Positions 27,014 to 36,143 are shown, counted from the stretch's first letter. The stretch: DNA of 64,000 nucleotides from Rhodospirillaceae bacterium (GCA_041905525.1 JAYRKY010000010.1:36397-100396), one strand, 5' to 3'. Translations and numbers: made by a program. The notes: a model not told the origin generated them from the sequence alone.

Positions 27014-27077
27014 GGATCACTTTGTTATCTGTCCCGCCCTTCATCGTCTTCCCCTGAAGGTGAAGAAATGATGTCGC

Positions 27078-27845
27078 CTAGCGTCTCACCTGCATCTTGA
27101 TCGGACCTTCGGCGCGGCCATGGACGAACTGGTCGACATAGTCGTTCCCGCTCGCGTCCACCGTCTTCGCATCGCCCACCCAGATCAGCTTGCCTTGGTA
27201 TAGCATGGCGATGCGGTCGCCGATCTTCTTGGCCGAGTGCATGTCGTGCGTGATCGACAGCGCGGTAATGCCCTGTTTGCGCACCACCTCGATGATCAGA
27301 TCGTTGATGACATCGCCCATGATCGGATCGAGCCCTGTCGTCGGCTCGTCGAAGAACACGATCTCAGGCGAACTGGCGATGGCGCGCGCAAGGCCCACGC
27401 GTTTTTGCATCCCGCCCGAAAGCTCCACCGGCAGAAGGTTGGCGACATCGGCGGACAACCCTACCTTCGCCAGCGTCTCGATGGCTTTCTCTTTGGCGTG
27501 CTTGCGGCTCATGTGCTCCGCCTGAATCAGGCCGAAGGCGACATTTTCCCATACCGGCAAGCTGTCGAACAACGCGCCGCCCTGGAACAGCATGCCGAAC
27601 TTGCGGTTCACCGCGTCACGCTGCCCGGCGCGACGGTGCGTCACATCTTCGCCGTCCACTTCGATGACGCCTGAATCAGCGAGCAGGATCCCGAGGATGC
27701 ATTTCAACAGCACGGACTTGCCGGTGCCGGACCCGCCGATGACGACAACGGATTCGCCTTTGGCGATATCCAGCGTCACGCCGTCGAGAACCTTCTTGTC
27801 GCCGAAACTCTTTTTTACGTCCTTGAGGCCGATCTTCGGTGTCAT
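27078..27845 (-). CDS. mlaF: ABC transporter ATP-binding protein (MlaF-like)
   Basis: Walker A GGSGTGKS, signature LSGGMQKR, Walker B VFFDEPT. Confidence 0.85.
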   Translation of the reverse strand: MTPKIGLKDVKKSFGDKKVLDGVTLDIAKGESVVVIGGSGTGKSVLLKCILGILLADSGVIEVDGEDVTHRRAGQRDAVNRKFGMLFQGGALFDSLPVWENVAFGLIQAEHMSRKHAKEKAIETLAKVGLSADVANLLPVELSGGMQKRVGLARAIASSPEIVFFDEPTTGLDPIMGDVINDLIIEVVRKQGITALSITHDMHSAKKIGDRIAMLYQGKLIWVGDAKTVDASGNDYVDQFVHGRAEGPIKMQVRR

Positions 27846-27846
27846 G

Positions 27847-28620
27847 TCAGGTTCCGAAGAAGAGTTCGGTGATGACGTAGTTAAACGTCAGGATGAGGAT
27901 CGATGATGAGACGACGGCGTTGGTCGTCGCGGTGCCCACGCCTTGCGCGCCGCCCTTCGAGTGATAGCCCGAATAGCATCCCATCAATGCAATGATGAAG
28001 CCGAACACCGAAGCTTTGACGAGGCCGGAGATCACGTCGAGGGGCTCCAGGAAATCCACGGTGTTGCTGAGATAGATCCCGGCGTTGAAATCCAACTTAT
28101 ACACCGCGACCATATAGCCGCCGAACACGCCGATGATATCGGCCACCAGCACCAGGGCAGGCAGCATCAACAAACCCGCGATCAGGCGCGGCGCCACCAG
28201 ATATTTGAACGGATTGGTGGACAGCGTTGTGAGCGCGTCGATCTGTTCGGTTACGCGCATGGTGCCGATTTCGGCGGCCATCGAGGCGCCAATGCGCCCC
28301 GCGACCATCAGTCCTGCAAGCACTGGTCCCAGTTCGCGGGTCAGCGACAGCACGACAACGTTGGCGATCGCGCTCTCGGCAGAAAAGCGCGCGAAGCCTG
28401 TGTAGCTTTGCAGCGCCAGCACCATCCCCGAGAAGATCGCCGTGAGGCCTACGACCGGCAGGGAGTAATAGCCGATATCGATCATCTGGCGGCCGATCAG
28501 GCGCGGATAGAAAGGCGGGCGCACGCAGTGCGAGATCGCCGTGCCGGTGAAGATCACAAGACGTCCCAGATGGCCGAAGAAGGCGAGGACGACGGCGCCG
28601 ATGGTGGCCAGAAAATTCAT
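27847..28620 (-). CDS. mlaE: MlaE-family ABC transporter permease
   Basis: 257-aa polytopic ORF. LTRELGPVLAGLMVAGR and MRVTEQIDAL motifs are typical of MlaE. Confidence 0.85.
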   Translation of the reverse strand: MNFLATIGAVVLAFFGHLGRLVIFTGTAISHCVRPPFYPRLIGRQMIDIGYYSLPVVGLTAIFSGMVLALQSYTGFARFSAESAIANVVVLSLTRELGPVLAGLMVAGRIGASMAAEIGTMRVTEQIDALTTLSTNPFKYLVAPRLIAGLLMLPALVLVADIIGVFGGYMVAVYKLDFNAGIYLSNTVDFLEPLDVISGLVKASVFGFIIALMGCYSGYHSKGGAQGVGTATTNAVVSSSILILTFNYVITELFFGT

Positions 28621-28630
28621 ATGGCGGAAT

Positions 28631-29773
28631 TCACTTCACATACTGACGCGCATAACGCGCGCCGAGGCTGGTCAGAATCTCATAGGAAATCGTGCCGGCC
28701 TCTGTTGCGACGTCGTCCACCGACAGATGGCGGCCGATGAGTTCGATCGTCGCGTCGGGCCCGAGGCTTGAATCGGGTACGGCTGTCACATCGAAAATGG
28801 TGAGATCCATGGACACACGGCCCGCCACAGGCACCTTGATGTCGTCGATATACCCATGTCCGCGATTGGACAGCGAGCGCAACAACCCGTCGGCGTAACC
28901 TATTGAGACCGTTGCCAATTTCGCCCCATCTTGCGCCGTGTAGGTGGCACCATATCCAACGGGTGCGGCAGCGTCAACGCGCCGGACCTGCAGGATTTTG
29001 CCGCGCAACCGTACCACCGGGATCATCGGGTTCGGCTTGCCCGACAAGGGGTTCGCCCCGTAGAGCGCGACGCCGGGGCGGGCGTAGTGGAAGTGATAGG
29101 CCGAGCCCAGGAAAATGCCCGAGGAGTTCGCGAAGCTTCCTTTGGCGTCCGGGAATTTGCCGCGGAAGGTCGCAAGCGCCGAGGCGAACCTTCGTTGTTG
29201 CTCCCCGTTCATCGGAGTGTTTTCTTCGGCGCAGGCCAAGTGACTCATCAGCGCCAGTGGGTGCAGCCCAACGAAGCCGTCGGAATCGGATATCAGCGTT
29301 TCGAATTCGCGCGGCGTCAGGCCCAGTCGATTCATGCCGGTGTCGATATGCACGATGCTTTCCATCAGCACGTCGTTGGTTTGCGCGAAGCCGCGCCAGC
29401 GCTCGATTTGTGCGGGCGAATTGAGAACCGGGACAAGCCGGTACGCCGCGAAGTCGCGTTCGGTCCCTTTGTTGGGACCGTGCATCACCACGATCCGCGG
29501 CGCATCGCCCACGGCCGTGCGCAACGTGAGGCCCTCGTCGAGGTGCGCGACGAAGAACGTCGTGCACCCAGCGTCCTTAAGCGCCTTGCCCACCGGCTCC
29601 AGGCCCGTGCCATAGGCATCGGCCTTCACCACCGCGCCCATCTCGCAGCCGGCCCCGACCTGGCGTTTCAGCAGGCGCCAATTCTCGACCAGGGCCGCAA
29701 GGTCCACGGTGAGATACGCTCCGGCGCGCTCGGCCGGGCTCGAGGAGAGGCGGGAAGGGGGGCTCACAGGCAT
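28631..29773 (-). CDS. alr: alanine racemase
   Basis: PLP-lysine motif AVVKADAYGTG. 380 aa, typical length. Confidence 0.9.
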   Translation of the reverse strand: MPVSPPSRLSSSPAERAGAYLTVDLAALVENWRLLKRQVGAGCEMGAVVKADAYGTGLEPVGKALKDAGCTTFFVAHLDEGLTLRTAVGDAPRIVVMHGPNKGTERDFAAYRLVPVLNSPAQIERWRGFAQTNDVLMESIVHIDTGMNRLGLTPREFETLISDSDGFVGLHPLALMSHLACAEENTPMNGEQQRRFASALATFRGKFPDAKGSFANSSGIFLGSAYHFHYARPGVALYGANPLSGKPNPMIPVVRLRGKILQVRRVDAAAPVGYGATYTAQDGAKLATVSIGYADGLLRSLSNRGHGYIDDIKVPVAGRVSMDLTIFDVTAVPDSSLGPDATIELIGRHLSVDDVATEAGTISYEILTSLGARYARQYVK

Positions 29774-29839
29774 AAAGCGTGTATGGCCTCCCCCGCTTTT
29801 TTGGGCAAGAGCGGGAGAGGTTTAAACACGATACGCGGG

Positions 29840-31366
29840 CTAATCTTCGATCGGCGGAGGTAGGTGGCTCTGGTCGATCAGATCGCTGAAATGCGTGTAA
29901 TTGGGATCGAAGTACAGCCGGACCGTCCCGATGGGGCCATGACGCTGCTTGGCGACGATCGCTTCGGCGATGTTGTGGGCCTGTTCGCAGCGCTTCTGCC
30001 AATTGGTGTGACGTTCAGCGAACTTATCGCTGCCTTCGTCGGGCCGCTGCGAGGGCTCGGCGCGCTCCAGGTAATACTGTTCGCGGTAGACGAACATCAC
30101 CGCGTCCGCGTCCTGTTCGATGGAGCCGGATTCACGCAAGTCGGCCAGTTGGGGGCGTTTGTCTTCGCGTTGCTCGACCGCGCGCGACAGCTGCGACAGC
30201 GCCATTACGGGCACGTTGAGTTCCTTGGCCAGCGCTTTCAGCCCACGGGTGATGGCCGAGATTTCCTGCACGCGGTTCTCCGCCTTCTCGCTGCGGCTCG
30301 GCGCGATCAGCTGCAGATAGTCTATCACGATCAGCCCGAGACCCGGCGAACCATCGGCTGTTTTGTTCTGGCGCGCAAGACGGCGGCAGCGCGTGCGGAT
30401 CGTGGACACGGTCACGGCCGGCGTGTCGTCGATATGCAGCGGCGTCTCCGCCACTTCCTGGCTTGCGACCACCAGGCGGCTGAAATCGTCATTCGAAAGG
30501 CCGCCGGTGCGGATCATGTGGCTGTTGATCTTCGAGCGCTCCGCCAGGATACGCGTGGCGAGCTGCTCGGACGACATTTCGAGCGAGAAGAACGCCACCT
30601 GCTTGCCCCGGTCCTCGGCGCGGTCGGTGGTGCGGAAGTAGTGCGCCGCGTTGAACGCGATTGTGGTCGCGAGCGCCGTCTTACCCATCGACGGACGTCC
30701 CGCGAGGATGATCAGGTCCGAGGAGTGCAGGCCGCCCAGCTTCTTATCGAGATCGAGCAGGCCGGTGGTGACGCCCGCCAACGCGCCCTCGCGCCGGTGC
30801 GCCGCTTCGGCCAGGTTGATCGCCGTGACCAGCGCGGTGCCGAAGCTCTGGAAACCGCCTTCGAGCGTCCCTTCGGAGGCAAGATTGAACAGCACCTGTT
30901 CGGAGGCTTCGATCTGTTGAATCGCGGTTTCATCGGGCGTTGCGTCGAACGCCTTGTTGACGATCTCTTCGCCCAGATCGATCAATTCGCGCCGCAGGAA
31001 CAGGTCGTAGATCAGCTTGCCGTATTCGGTGGAATTGATGACCGTGACCGCGCCCGCCGCGAGGCTCGCGATGTACTTCATCCCGCCCGCGCTCATGACC
31101 AGGTCGTCGCGCTCGAGATAGGTCTTCAAGGTCACCGGGTTCGCCTGATGGCCTTGCTCGATGAGCTTGCCGCAGGACTCGTAGATACGCCCGTTGACGG
31201 GGTCGGCGAAATGGGTCGGGCGCAGGAATTCTTGCACGCGCTCATAGGCACGGTTGTTCATCAGGATCGCGCCCAGCAGCGCGCGCTCCGCTTCATAGTT
31301 GTGCGGCGGGGTGCGAAGAGCCTGACCGGCGTCGGCCGGGTCGGTGACGCGAAGTGGCGTTGCCAT
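29840..31366 (-). CDS. dnaB: replicative DNA helicase DnaB
   Basis: PPHNYEAERALLGAIL N-terminus, Walker A GRPSMGKT, LIVIDYLQL, normal length with no intein. Confidence 0.95.
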   Translation of the reverse strand: MATPLRVTDPADAGQALRTPPHNYEAERALLGAILMNNRAYERVQEFLRPTHFADPVNGRIYESCGKLIEQGHQANPVTLKTYLERDDLVMSAGGMKYIASLAAGAVTVINSTEYGKLIYDLFLRRELIDLGEEIVNKAFDATPDETAIQQIEASEQVLFNLASEGTLEGGFQSFGTALVTAINLAEAAHRREGALAGVTTGLLDLDKKLGGLHSSDLIILAGRPSMGKTALATTIAFNAAHYFRTTDRAEDRGKQVAFFSLEMSSEQLATRILAERSKINSHMIRTGGLSNDDFSRLVVASQEVAETPLHIDDTPAVTVSTIRTRCRRLARQNKTADGSPGLGLIVIDYLQLIAPSRSEKAENRVQEISAITRGLKALAKELNVPVMALSQLSRAVEQREDKRPQLADLRESGSIEQDADAVMFVYREQYYLERAEPSQRPDEGSDKFAERHTNWQKRCEQAHNIAEAIVAKQRHGPIGTVRLYFDPNYTHFSDLIDQSHLPPPIED

Positions 31367-31560
31367 TGTACGAAAACTGTCCTTTTTGGAGCGTAGGAAA
31401 ATGCCTACTTCAGCCCCGGAGGAGAATACCCCAAAACGAACTCCGCCTGTGGATATCTCAAACTAGTGGGGATAATTCGCCGACGCCCGGTTGCGCACGA
31501 ATAAGACATCCCTGAGCCATCCTTTCGCCGTCCACGCGATCATTTCGGCCGCGTTTCAAA

Positions 31561-31587
31561 AGTATTTTCTCTGAACAGAGAAATACT
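31561..31587 (+). promoter_or_regulatory. AU-rich hairpin abutting the start codon of the 31589 ORF
   Basis: AGTATTTTCTCT-gaac-AGAGAAATACT (one bulged T). The 3' arm ends 1 nt before ATG 31589 and contains the only purine-rich SD-like stretch. Confidence 0.3.
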
Positions 31588-31588
31588 T

Positions 31589-31852
31589 ATGGACCGCAAA
31601 TCGCGTTTCTATGGCCAGGGCCTCGCCGTCGCGCTGATCCTGCTCGCCGGAATCGGAGGTTACACCCTCTCGCTCCAGTACCGCCTGGAGGCGACGGTGT
31701 CCTCCATCGCTGCTCTGGAGCAGGATCGCAACCAGTGGAAGTCGAAGGCGGAGCAAGCCGCTGGTCTCGTTGACGGCGCTTCCGCATCGCTCGAGCAGTG
31801 TAGCGCCCAGGTCGATGTCCTGAAATCGAGTCTCGCCCCACCGGAACCATAG
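31589..31852 (+). CDS. small single-pass membrane/coiled-coil hypothetical protein
   Basis: 87-aa ORF with TM helix GLAVALILLAGIGGYTL followed by a heptad-like segment. No family recognised. Confidence 0.45.
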   Translation: MDRKSRFYGQGLAVALILLAGIGGYTLSLQYRLEATVSSIAALEQDRNQWKSKAEQAAGLVDGASASLEQCSAQVDVLKSSLAPPEP

Positions 31853-31971
31853 CTGCGAGGAAAGTGTTCCCGCCCCGCGTGCAGTGGCGCGGCGCTCTCG
31901 TCCATTTTTCTTGCCAAGCTAAAGCGCCTCTGTCCTCATGCGCCCGCTGGTCTGGCGCGGATTCTTCATAC

Positions 31972-32778
31972 ATGGATTTCATCACTTTTCTGCAAGCGGC
32001 CTTCCTCGGCTTGGTCGAGGGGCTGACCGAGTTTTTGCCGGTGTCGTCGACCGGCCACCTGATCCTGCTCATCGATCTTCTCGGTTTCCAGGGTCCGCCC
32101 GGAAAGATGTTCGAGATCGTCATTCAACTCGGCGCCATCCTCGCCGTGGTGTGGATTTACCGGATCAAGATTTTCCAAACGGTGCGCGGTGTATTCACCG
32201 AGGCTCCGGCGCAAAAATTCACGATCAATTTGATCCTCGCGTTCCTGCCCGCGATGGTCATCGGCGTCTTCGCATACTCCTTCATCAAGGGCGTCCTGTT
32301 CTCGCCGTGGGTGGTCAGCGTCGCGCTGATCCTAGGTGGCATCGCGATTCTGATCATCGAGCGTGCGCAAAAAACGGCGCTCTATCATGCGCCGGAACAG
32401 ATCCCCTGGCCGAAAGCCCTTGCGATCGGGCTCTTCCAATGTGTCGCAATGATCCCCGGCGTCTCGCGTTCCGGTGCGACGATCATGGGGGCGCTCTTGG
32501 TTGGGGTCGAGCGCCGCGCGGCGGCCGAGTTCTCGTTCCTCCTGGCCATCCCGACCATGCTCGCGGCGACGGTCTACGATCTCTACAAAAATCGGGATGT
32601 GCTCACGACGGATAATCTGTCGATCATCGCCGTGGGCTTCTTCGCCGCCTTCCTCGTGGCCTTCGCGGTGGTGCGCACGGTGCTCGGGTTCATCTCCAAG
32701 CACGGTTTTACGCCGTTCGCCTATTACCGGATCGCGCTCGGGATCATCATGTTGATCGTCCTCACGCTAAGGACTTAG
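31972..32778 (+). CDS. uppP: undecaprenyl-diphosphate phosphatase
   Basis: ORF 31864-32778; start re-picked at MDFITFLQAAFLGLVEGLTEFLPVSSTGHL (canonical BacA N-terminus). PGVSRSGATI motif. Confidence 0.92.
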   Translation: MDFITFLQAAFLGLVEGLTEFLPVSSTGHLILLIDLLGFQGPPGKMFEIVIQLGAILAVVWIYRIKIFQTVRGVFTEAPAQKFTINLILAFLPAMVIGVFAYSFIKGVLFSPWVVSVALILGGIAILIIERAQKTALYHAPEQIPWPKALAIGLFQCVAMIPGVSRSGATIMGALLVGVERRAAAEFSFLLAIPTMLAATVYDLYKNRDVLTTDNLSIIAVGFFAAFLVAFAVVRTVLGFISKHGFTPFAYYRIALGIIMLIVLTLRT

Positions 32779-33236
32779 CTCGCGGCGGGTTTGGGCTGCG
32801 GGCGCGGCTGCTTGGCGCGGATATCTTCCGGCCAAGTGCTCTTGATGTAGGCCAGCACCGCCCAGATCTCGTGGTCGGTCAGGACGTCTTTGAACACGGG
32901 CATATCGGTCGGATAGTCGTCGCCGAGGCCGTCCTTGATGATCAAGAACAGCCGCCCGTCGGAGTGATGCCACGTGTGTCCAGTCGGGTCGTGCGGCGGC
33001 GCCGGCAGCTTGCCATCCGGCAGGTGCTTCATCCAGTTCGGCTGGCCTTCGAGATTGGCCCCGTGACAGACGGCGCAGTGATTCGCGTACACCTGCCGCC
33101 CTTCGGCCACCAGGCGCGCATCGGTATGGTCGGCGCTTGTCGCCGGGCGCTGCTTCGTCATCCAGATCGCGCCGGCGCCGACGGCGGCGATGGTAATGGG
33201 ACCCGCGAACAGAATCGTTTTCACGAGCGGCGACAT
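32775..33236 (-). CDS. membrane-anchored c-type cytochrome
   Basis: ORF 32775-33308; start ATG 33236. TM helix ILFAGPITIAAVGAGAIW. Single haem motif CAVCHG. Confidence 0.75.
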   Translation of the reverse strand: MSPLVKTILFAGPITIAAVGAGAIWMTKQRPATSADHTDARLVAEGRQVYANHCAVCHGANLEGQPNWMKHLPDGKLPAPPHDPTGHTWHHSDGRLFLIIKDGLGDDYPTDMPVFKDVLTDHEIWAVLAYIKSTWPEDIRAKQPRPQPKPAAS

Positions 33237-33243
33237 GGCGCGG

Positions 33244-34257
33244 CTAGCCTCGGAAATCGGCGAAGTGAACAGTGCCGGCTTCGTTGCCCACCAGAAGACG
33301 GTCGCCATCCGGATTCCAGGCCATCGCTGTGACCGGGCTACCCGTAGGATCGAGAATGCCGATCGTATTCACGGAACCGGGTTGGCCGACGATCACGCTG
33401 CCGTCCTCAAATCCCGCCGCGACAATATCGAGCTTCGGATTTGCGGCAACGGTACTCACCAACGCGCCTTCCGTGGCCGAGCCGAATTCCGCGGGCGGCT
33501 TGCCCATCGGCCCGCTCCCGGCGAAAGGCCAGCAAATCACGCTGTCCGAGCCGGTCGTTGCCAGGAAGTGCCCACGCCGCGTGAAGGCGATATTGCGCAC
33601 CTTACCCGGGTAGCCGGTCATGCGCATATGTTCGCCGTCCGAAAGCCGCCAGCCGTGCAAGGCGTTCTCCTGCATCGCGGTGATGAGATAGTCGCCGTCC
33701 GGCGACCATACCGCCTGCAGATGCGATCCGCGCCACTCCAGCAGCGAGGCCGTGGCGGTGCTGCCCAGCCACCACAAGCTGACGCCGTTATAGTGCGATA
33801 CGGCCAAACGCTTACCCTTGGGATTGATCGCAAGGCCGCCAACGCTGCTGGCGTGCGTCAGTTCGCGCAGTTCGCCCTTCTTATTGATGATGGTCGCAGT
33901 TTTGCCGACAGCGAACACGCGCACGCCCGCGCCGTCGTGAGCGGTGACATGCTCCACCCACTTTCCCTTGGATTCCCACAAGGTCTCCGCGGACCCGATC
34001 GCTGCGATTTTCACGAGCTTCCCGTCGTCGCCTCCGGACAGGAACGCGCCTTTCTCGATGTCGGGCGCGAGCGACAGGCATGCGCCCTTATGCGCGCCGA
34101 CCACAACGGGCACCGCGTCCAGGGTCTCGCTGTCGAAGAGGCGCACGGATCCGTCGCCGAATCCCATGGCCATGAGGCGACCGTTCTGGGCCGCGGCGAC
34201 CGCGTAATCGCCGAACTCCCAGGACGCCACGCGGGCTTGCGCTTTTTGATGAGCCAC
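33244..34257 (-). CDS. WD40/beta-propeller repeat protein
   Basis: ORF 33244-34377. A GTG at 34257 avoids overlap with the upstream gene, but the start is uncertain. Repeats such as GGDDGKLV, WSPDGDYLIT, AWNPDGDRLLVG. Confidence 0.7.
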   Translation of the reverse strand: MAHQKAQARVASWEFGDYAVAAAQNGRLMAMGFGDGSVRLFDSETLDAVPVVVGAHKGACLSLAPDIEKGAFLSGGDDGKLVKIAAIGSAETLWESKGKWVEHVTAHDGAGVRVFAVGKTATIINKKGELRELTHASSVGGLAINPKGKRLAVSHYNGVSLWWLGSTATASLLEWRGSHLQAVWSPDGDYLITAMQENALHGWRLSDGEHMRMTGYPGKVRNIAFTRRGHFLATTGSDSVICWPFAGSGPMGKPPAEFGSATEGALVSTVAANPKLDIVAAGFEDGSVIVGQPGSVNTIGILDPTGSPVTAMAWNPDGDRLLVGNEAGTVHFADFRG

Positions 34258-34268
34258 GGGTGCGGATC

Positions 34269-35378
34269 TTATGCGGTGCAGGCGTCGAAGCCGGCCTTGA
34301 GCAACGTTTCGGTGTCCGGATCGATCTTGCGCCCGATGAACACCAAGCGGCTCTTGCGCTTGTCCTTCGCCGGCCACGGGCCGGTGTAATTTCCTTCCGA
34401 GACCATGTGCACCGCTTGGAACACGAACCGTTCGTCCTTGCCCGCCATGTTGAGGATGCCCTTGGCGCGCAGAAGATCCTGGCCTTTGGTGCGCAGGACT
34501 TCATTGATCCACATATCGAACTTCTGTTCGTTTAGCGGGGCGTCGGTGGTCAGCGAGATACTGCGGATGGCTTCGTCGTGCACGGGATTGATCGCGCCAT
34601 GCTCATGGTCATGTCCGTGCTCGTGCCCATGGTCGTGCCCATGGTCATGCCCATGATCATGCCCGTGGTGATGGTCATGTCCATGATCGTGATCGTGGCT
34701 GTGGTCGTGATTTGGGTCGAAGGCGTGGCCGTGCAGGAAACACGGATCGTGCTCTAGGATGCGTTTCAGGTCGAACGCGCCGCGGTCCAGGACCTTGTCG
34801 AGATCGATGGCGGCGCGCGCGGTGTGATAGATGGTCGCGAACGGGTTCAGCCCGCGCACGCGTGCTTCGACGTGACGCAGGGCATCCTTGTCCACAAGGT
34901 CGGTCTTGTTCAGCAGTACGATGTCGGCGAAGGCGATCTGTTCTTTCGCTTCGCCGCTGTCGGCCAGACGCTGCTCAATGTGTTTTGCGTCGACCACCGT
35001 GACGATGCTGTCCAGCTTGGTTTTCTTGCGCACATCTTCATCGGTGAAGAAGGTCTGCGTGACAGGCGCCGGATCGGCGAGGCCGGTGGTTTCCACCAGG
35101 ATAGCGTCGAACTTGTCGCGGCGCTTCAGGAGCCCGGCGATGATGCGGATCAGATCGCCGCGCACGGTGCAACAGATGCACCCGTTGTTCATTTCGAACA
35201 CTTCCTCGTCGGCGCCCACGACAAGATCGTTGTCGATCCCGATCTCGCCGAACTCGTTGACGATCACGGCGTACTTCTTGCCGTGGTTCTCGGTCAGCAC
35301 GCGGTTGAGAAGGGTCGTCTTGCCCGCGCCGAGATAGCCGGTCAGCACGGTTACGGGGATCTGGTGGGCTTCAGCCAT
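34269..35378 (-). CDS. COG0523 (CobW/ZigA/YeiR-like) G3E-family metallochaperone GTPase with His-rich insert
   Basis: Walker A GYLGAGKTTLLN, CxCC motif GCICCT, LLNKTDL, His-rich HDHSHDHDHGHDHHHGHDHGHDHGHDHGHEHGHDHEHG. Confidence 0.9.
   Translation of the reverse strand: MAEAHQIPVTVLTGYLGAGKTTLLNRVLTENHGKKYAVIVNEFGEIGIDNDLVVGADEEVFEMNNGCICCTVRGDLIRIIAGLLKRRDKFDAILVETTGLADPAPVTQTFFTDEDVRKKTKLDSIVTVVDAKHIEQRLADSGEAKEQIAFADIVLLNKTDLVDKDALRHVEARVRGLNPFATIYHTARAAIDLDKVLDRGAFDLKRILEHDPCFLHGHAFDPNHDHSHDHDHGHDHHHGHDHGHDHGHDHGHEHGHDHEHGAINPVHDEAIRSISLTTDAPLNEQKFDMWINEVLRTKGQDLLRAKGILNMAGKDERFVFQAVHMVSEGNYTGPWPAKDKRKSRLVFIGRKIDPDTETLLKAGFDACTA
34599..34709 (-). repeat. coding low-complexity His/Asp/Gly codon repeat
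   Basis: Plus-strand iterations of ATGGTC/GTGCCC/ATGCCC units (His-Asp/His-Gly on the minus strand), inside the COG0523 gene. Confidence 0.9.
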
Positions 35379-35442
35379 GGGAAACCTCGACGGGTATAGA
35401 AAACGGGTGGGCTTATATAAGTGTGCGCTCCGGCGAAAAGCA

Positions 35443-35477
35443 AATCGGCGCGGGCCTTTTTTAGGCCCGCGCCGATT
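35443..35477 (-). terminator. rho-independent terminator after rplI
   Basis: 15-bp stem AATCGGCGCGGGCCT / AGGCCCGCGCCGATT with a T-rich loop. The minus strand continues TGCTTTTCG. Confidence 0.75.
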
Positions 35478-35502
35478 GCAACGCCCTTCCTGGGAAGCCG
35501 GC

Positions 35503-36066
35503 TTAAGCCTGGGCTTCTTCCGCCGCCTCTTCGGCCGGGGCTTCGTCGCCCAGCAGCTTCTCGGCGTCTTCCGCGCGCTCCAGGAGCTGCGCGGCTTCGG
35601 CGATCTTCAGGTTGCCTTCTTCCATCGAGCGGGCGACCGTGAATTCCACGTCGACCTTCACTTCCGGATGCAGGCGGACCGGGGACTTGAACGTGCCGAG
35701 GACTTTCACCGGCGCATTCAGCAGCACTTGGGTGGCTTCGACCGTGATGCCCTGTTCCTTGAGGGAAGCGGCAATGTCGCGGGCCGAGACGGAACCATAC
35801 AGTTGGCCGCCTTCGCCGGCCGAGCGAATGATGATCAGCTTCAGGCCTTCCATCTTCTTCGCGACGACTTCGGCTTCGCCCTTGCGCTTCAGGTTGATAG
35901 CTTCGAGTTCGACTTTTTTGGATTCGTAATAAGCGCGGTTTTCCTTGTTGGCGCGCAGGGCCTTCTTCTGCGGGAACAGGAAGTTGCGGGCAAAGCCCGG
36001 CTTCACGTTCACGACTTCGCCCATTTGACCCAACCGGTCGATACGCTCGAGCAGAATGACTTCCAT
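35503..36066 (-). CDS. rplI: 50S ribosomal protein L9
   Basis: MEVILLERIDRLGQMGEVVNVKPGFARNFLFPQKKA is the canonical L9 N-terminus. Confidence 0.95.
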   Translation of the reverse strand: MEVILLERIDRLGQMGEVVNVKPGFARNFLFPQKKALRANKENRAYYESKKVELEAINLKRKGEAEVVAKKMEGLKLIIIRSAGEGGQLYGSVSARDIAASLKEQGITVEATQVLLNAPVKVLGTFKSPVRLHPEVKVDVEFTVARSMEEGNLKIAEAAQLLERAEDAEKLLGDEAPAEEAAEEAQA

Positions 36067-36143
36067 CTTTACCTCCTAGGGCATTTTCATTTGAAAATGC
36101 GCTTCAAAACGCACTTCGTTGAAGTGCGGCTCGTGGTTGATCC

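Noticed and set aside
27014-28620. mlaE-mlaF pair without an adjacent mlaD; considered as an incomplete Mla system.
   Set aside because: The two-gene arrangement between alr and radA appears to me to be a common alphaproteobacterial layout, and MlaD-type proteins can be encoded elsewhere. There is no evidence of gene decay in the 64-nt spacer.
29864-31396. 510-aa ORF on the + strand opposite dnaB. Similar long antisense ORFs occur at 56136-57743, 33190-34389, 21783-22748, 23084-24013, 38053-38775, 40481-41347, 46578-47528, 48160-48924, 62552-63568 and 16678-17661.
   Set aside because: Each lies entirely opposite a gene with clear family motifs. Their products are Arg/Ala/Gly/Pro-rich with no recognisable domains. 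This is typical of stop-codon-poor shadow frames in GC-rich DNA.
34599-34709. Short-unit DNA repeats considered as a possible CRISPR or tandem-repeat locus.
   Set aside because: The repeats are in-frame His/Asp/Gly codons inside a COG0523 gene, with no spacer-repeat periodicity of 25-40 nt.
35379-35502. Searched for a Zur box upstream of the COG0523 gene.
   Set aside because: Only a 10-bp palindrome CTTATATAAG (35412-35421) is present. It is too short and unlike the longer AT-rich Zur operators I remember, and it may simply be the -10 region.
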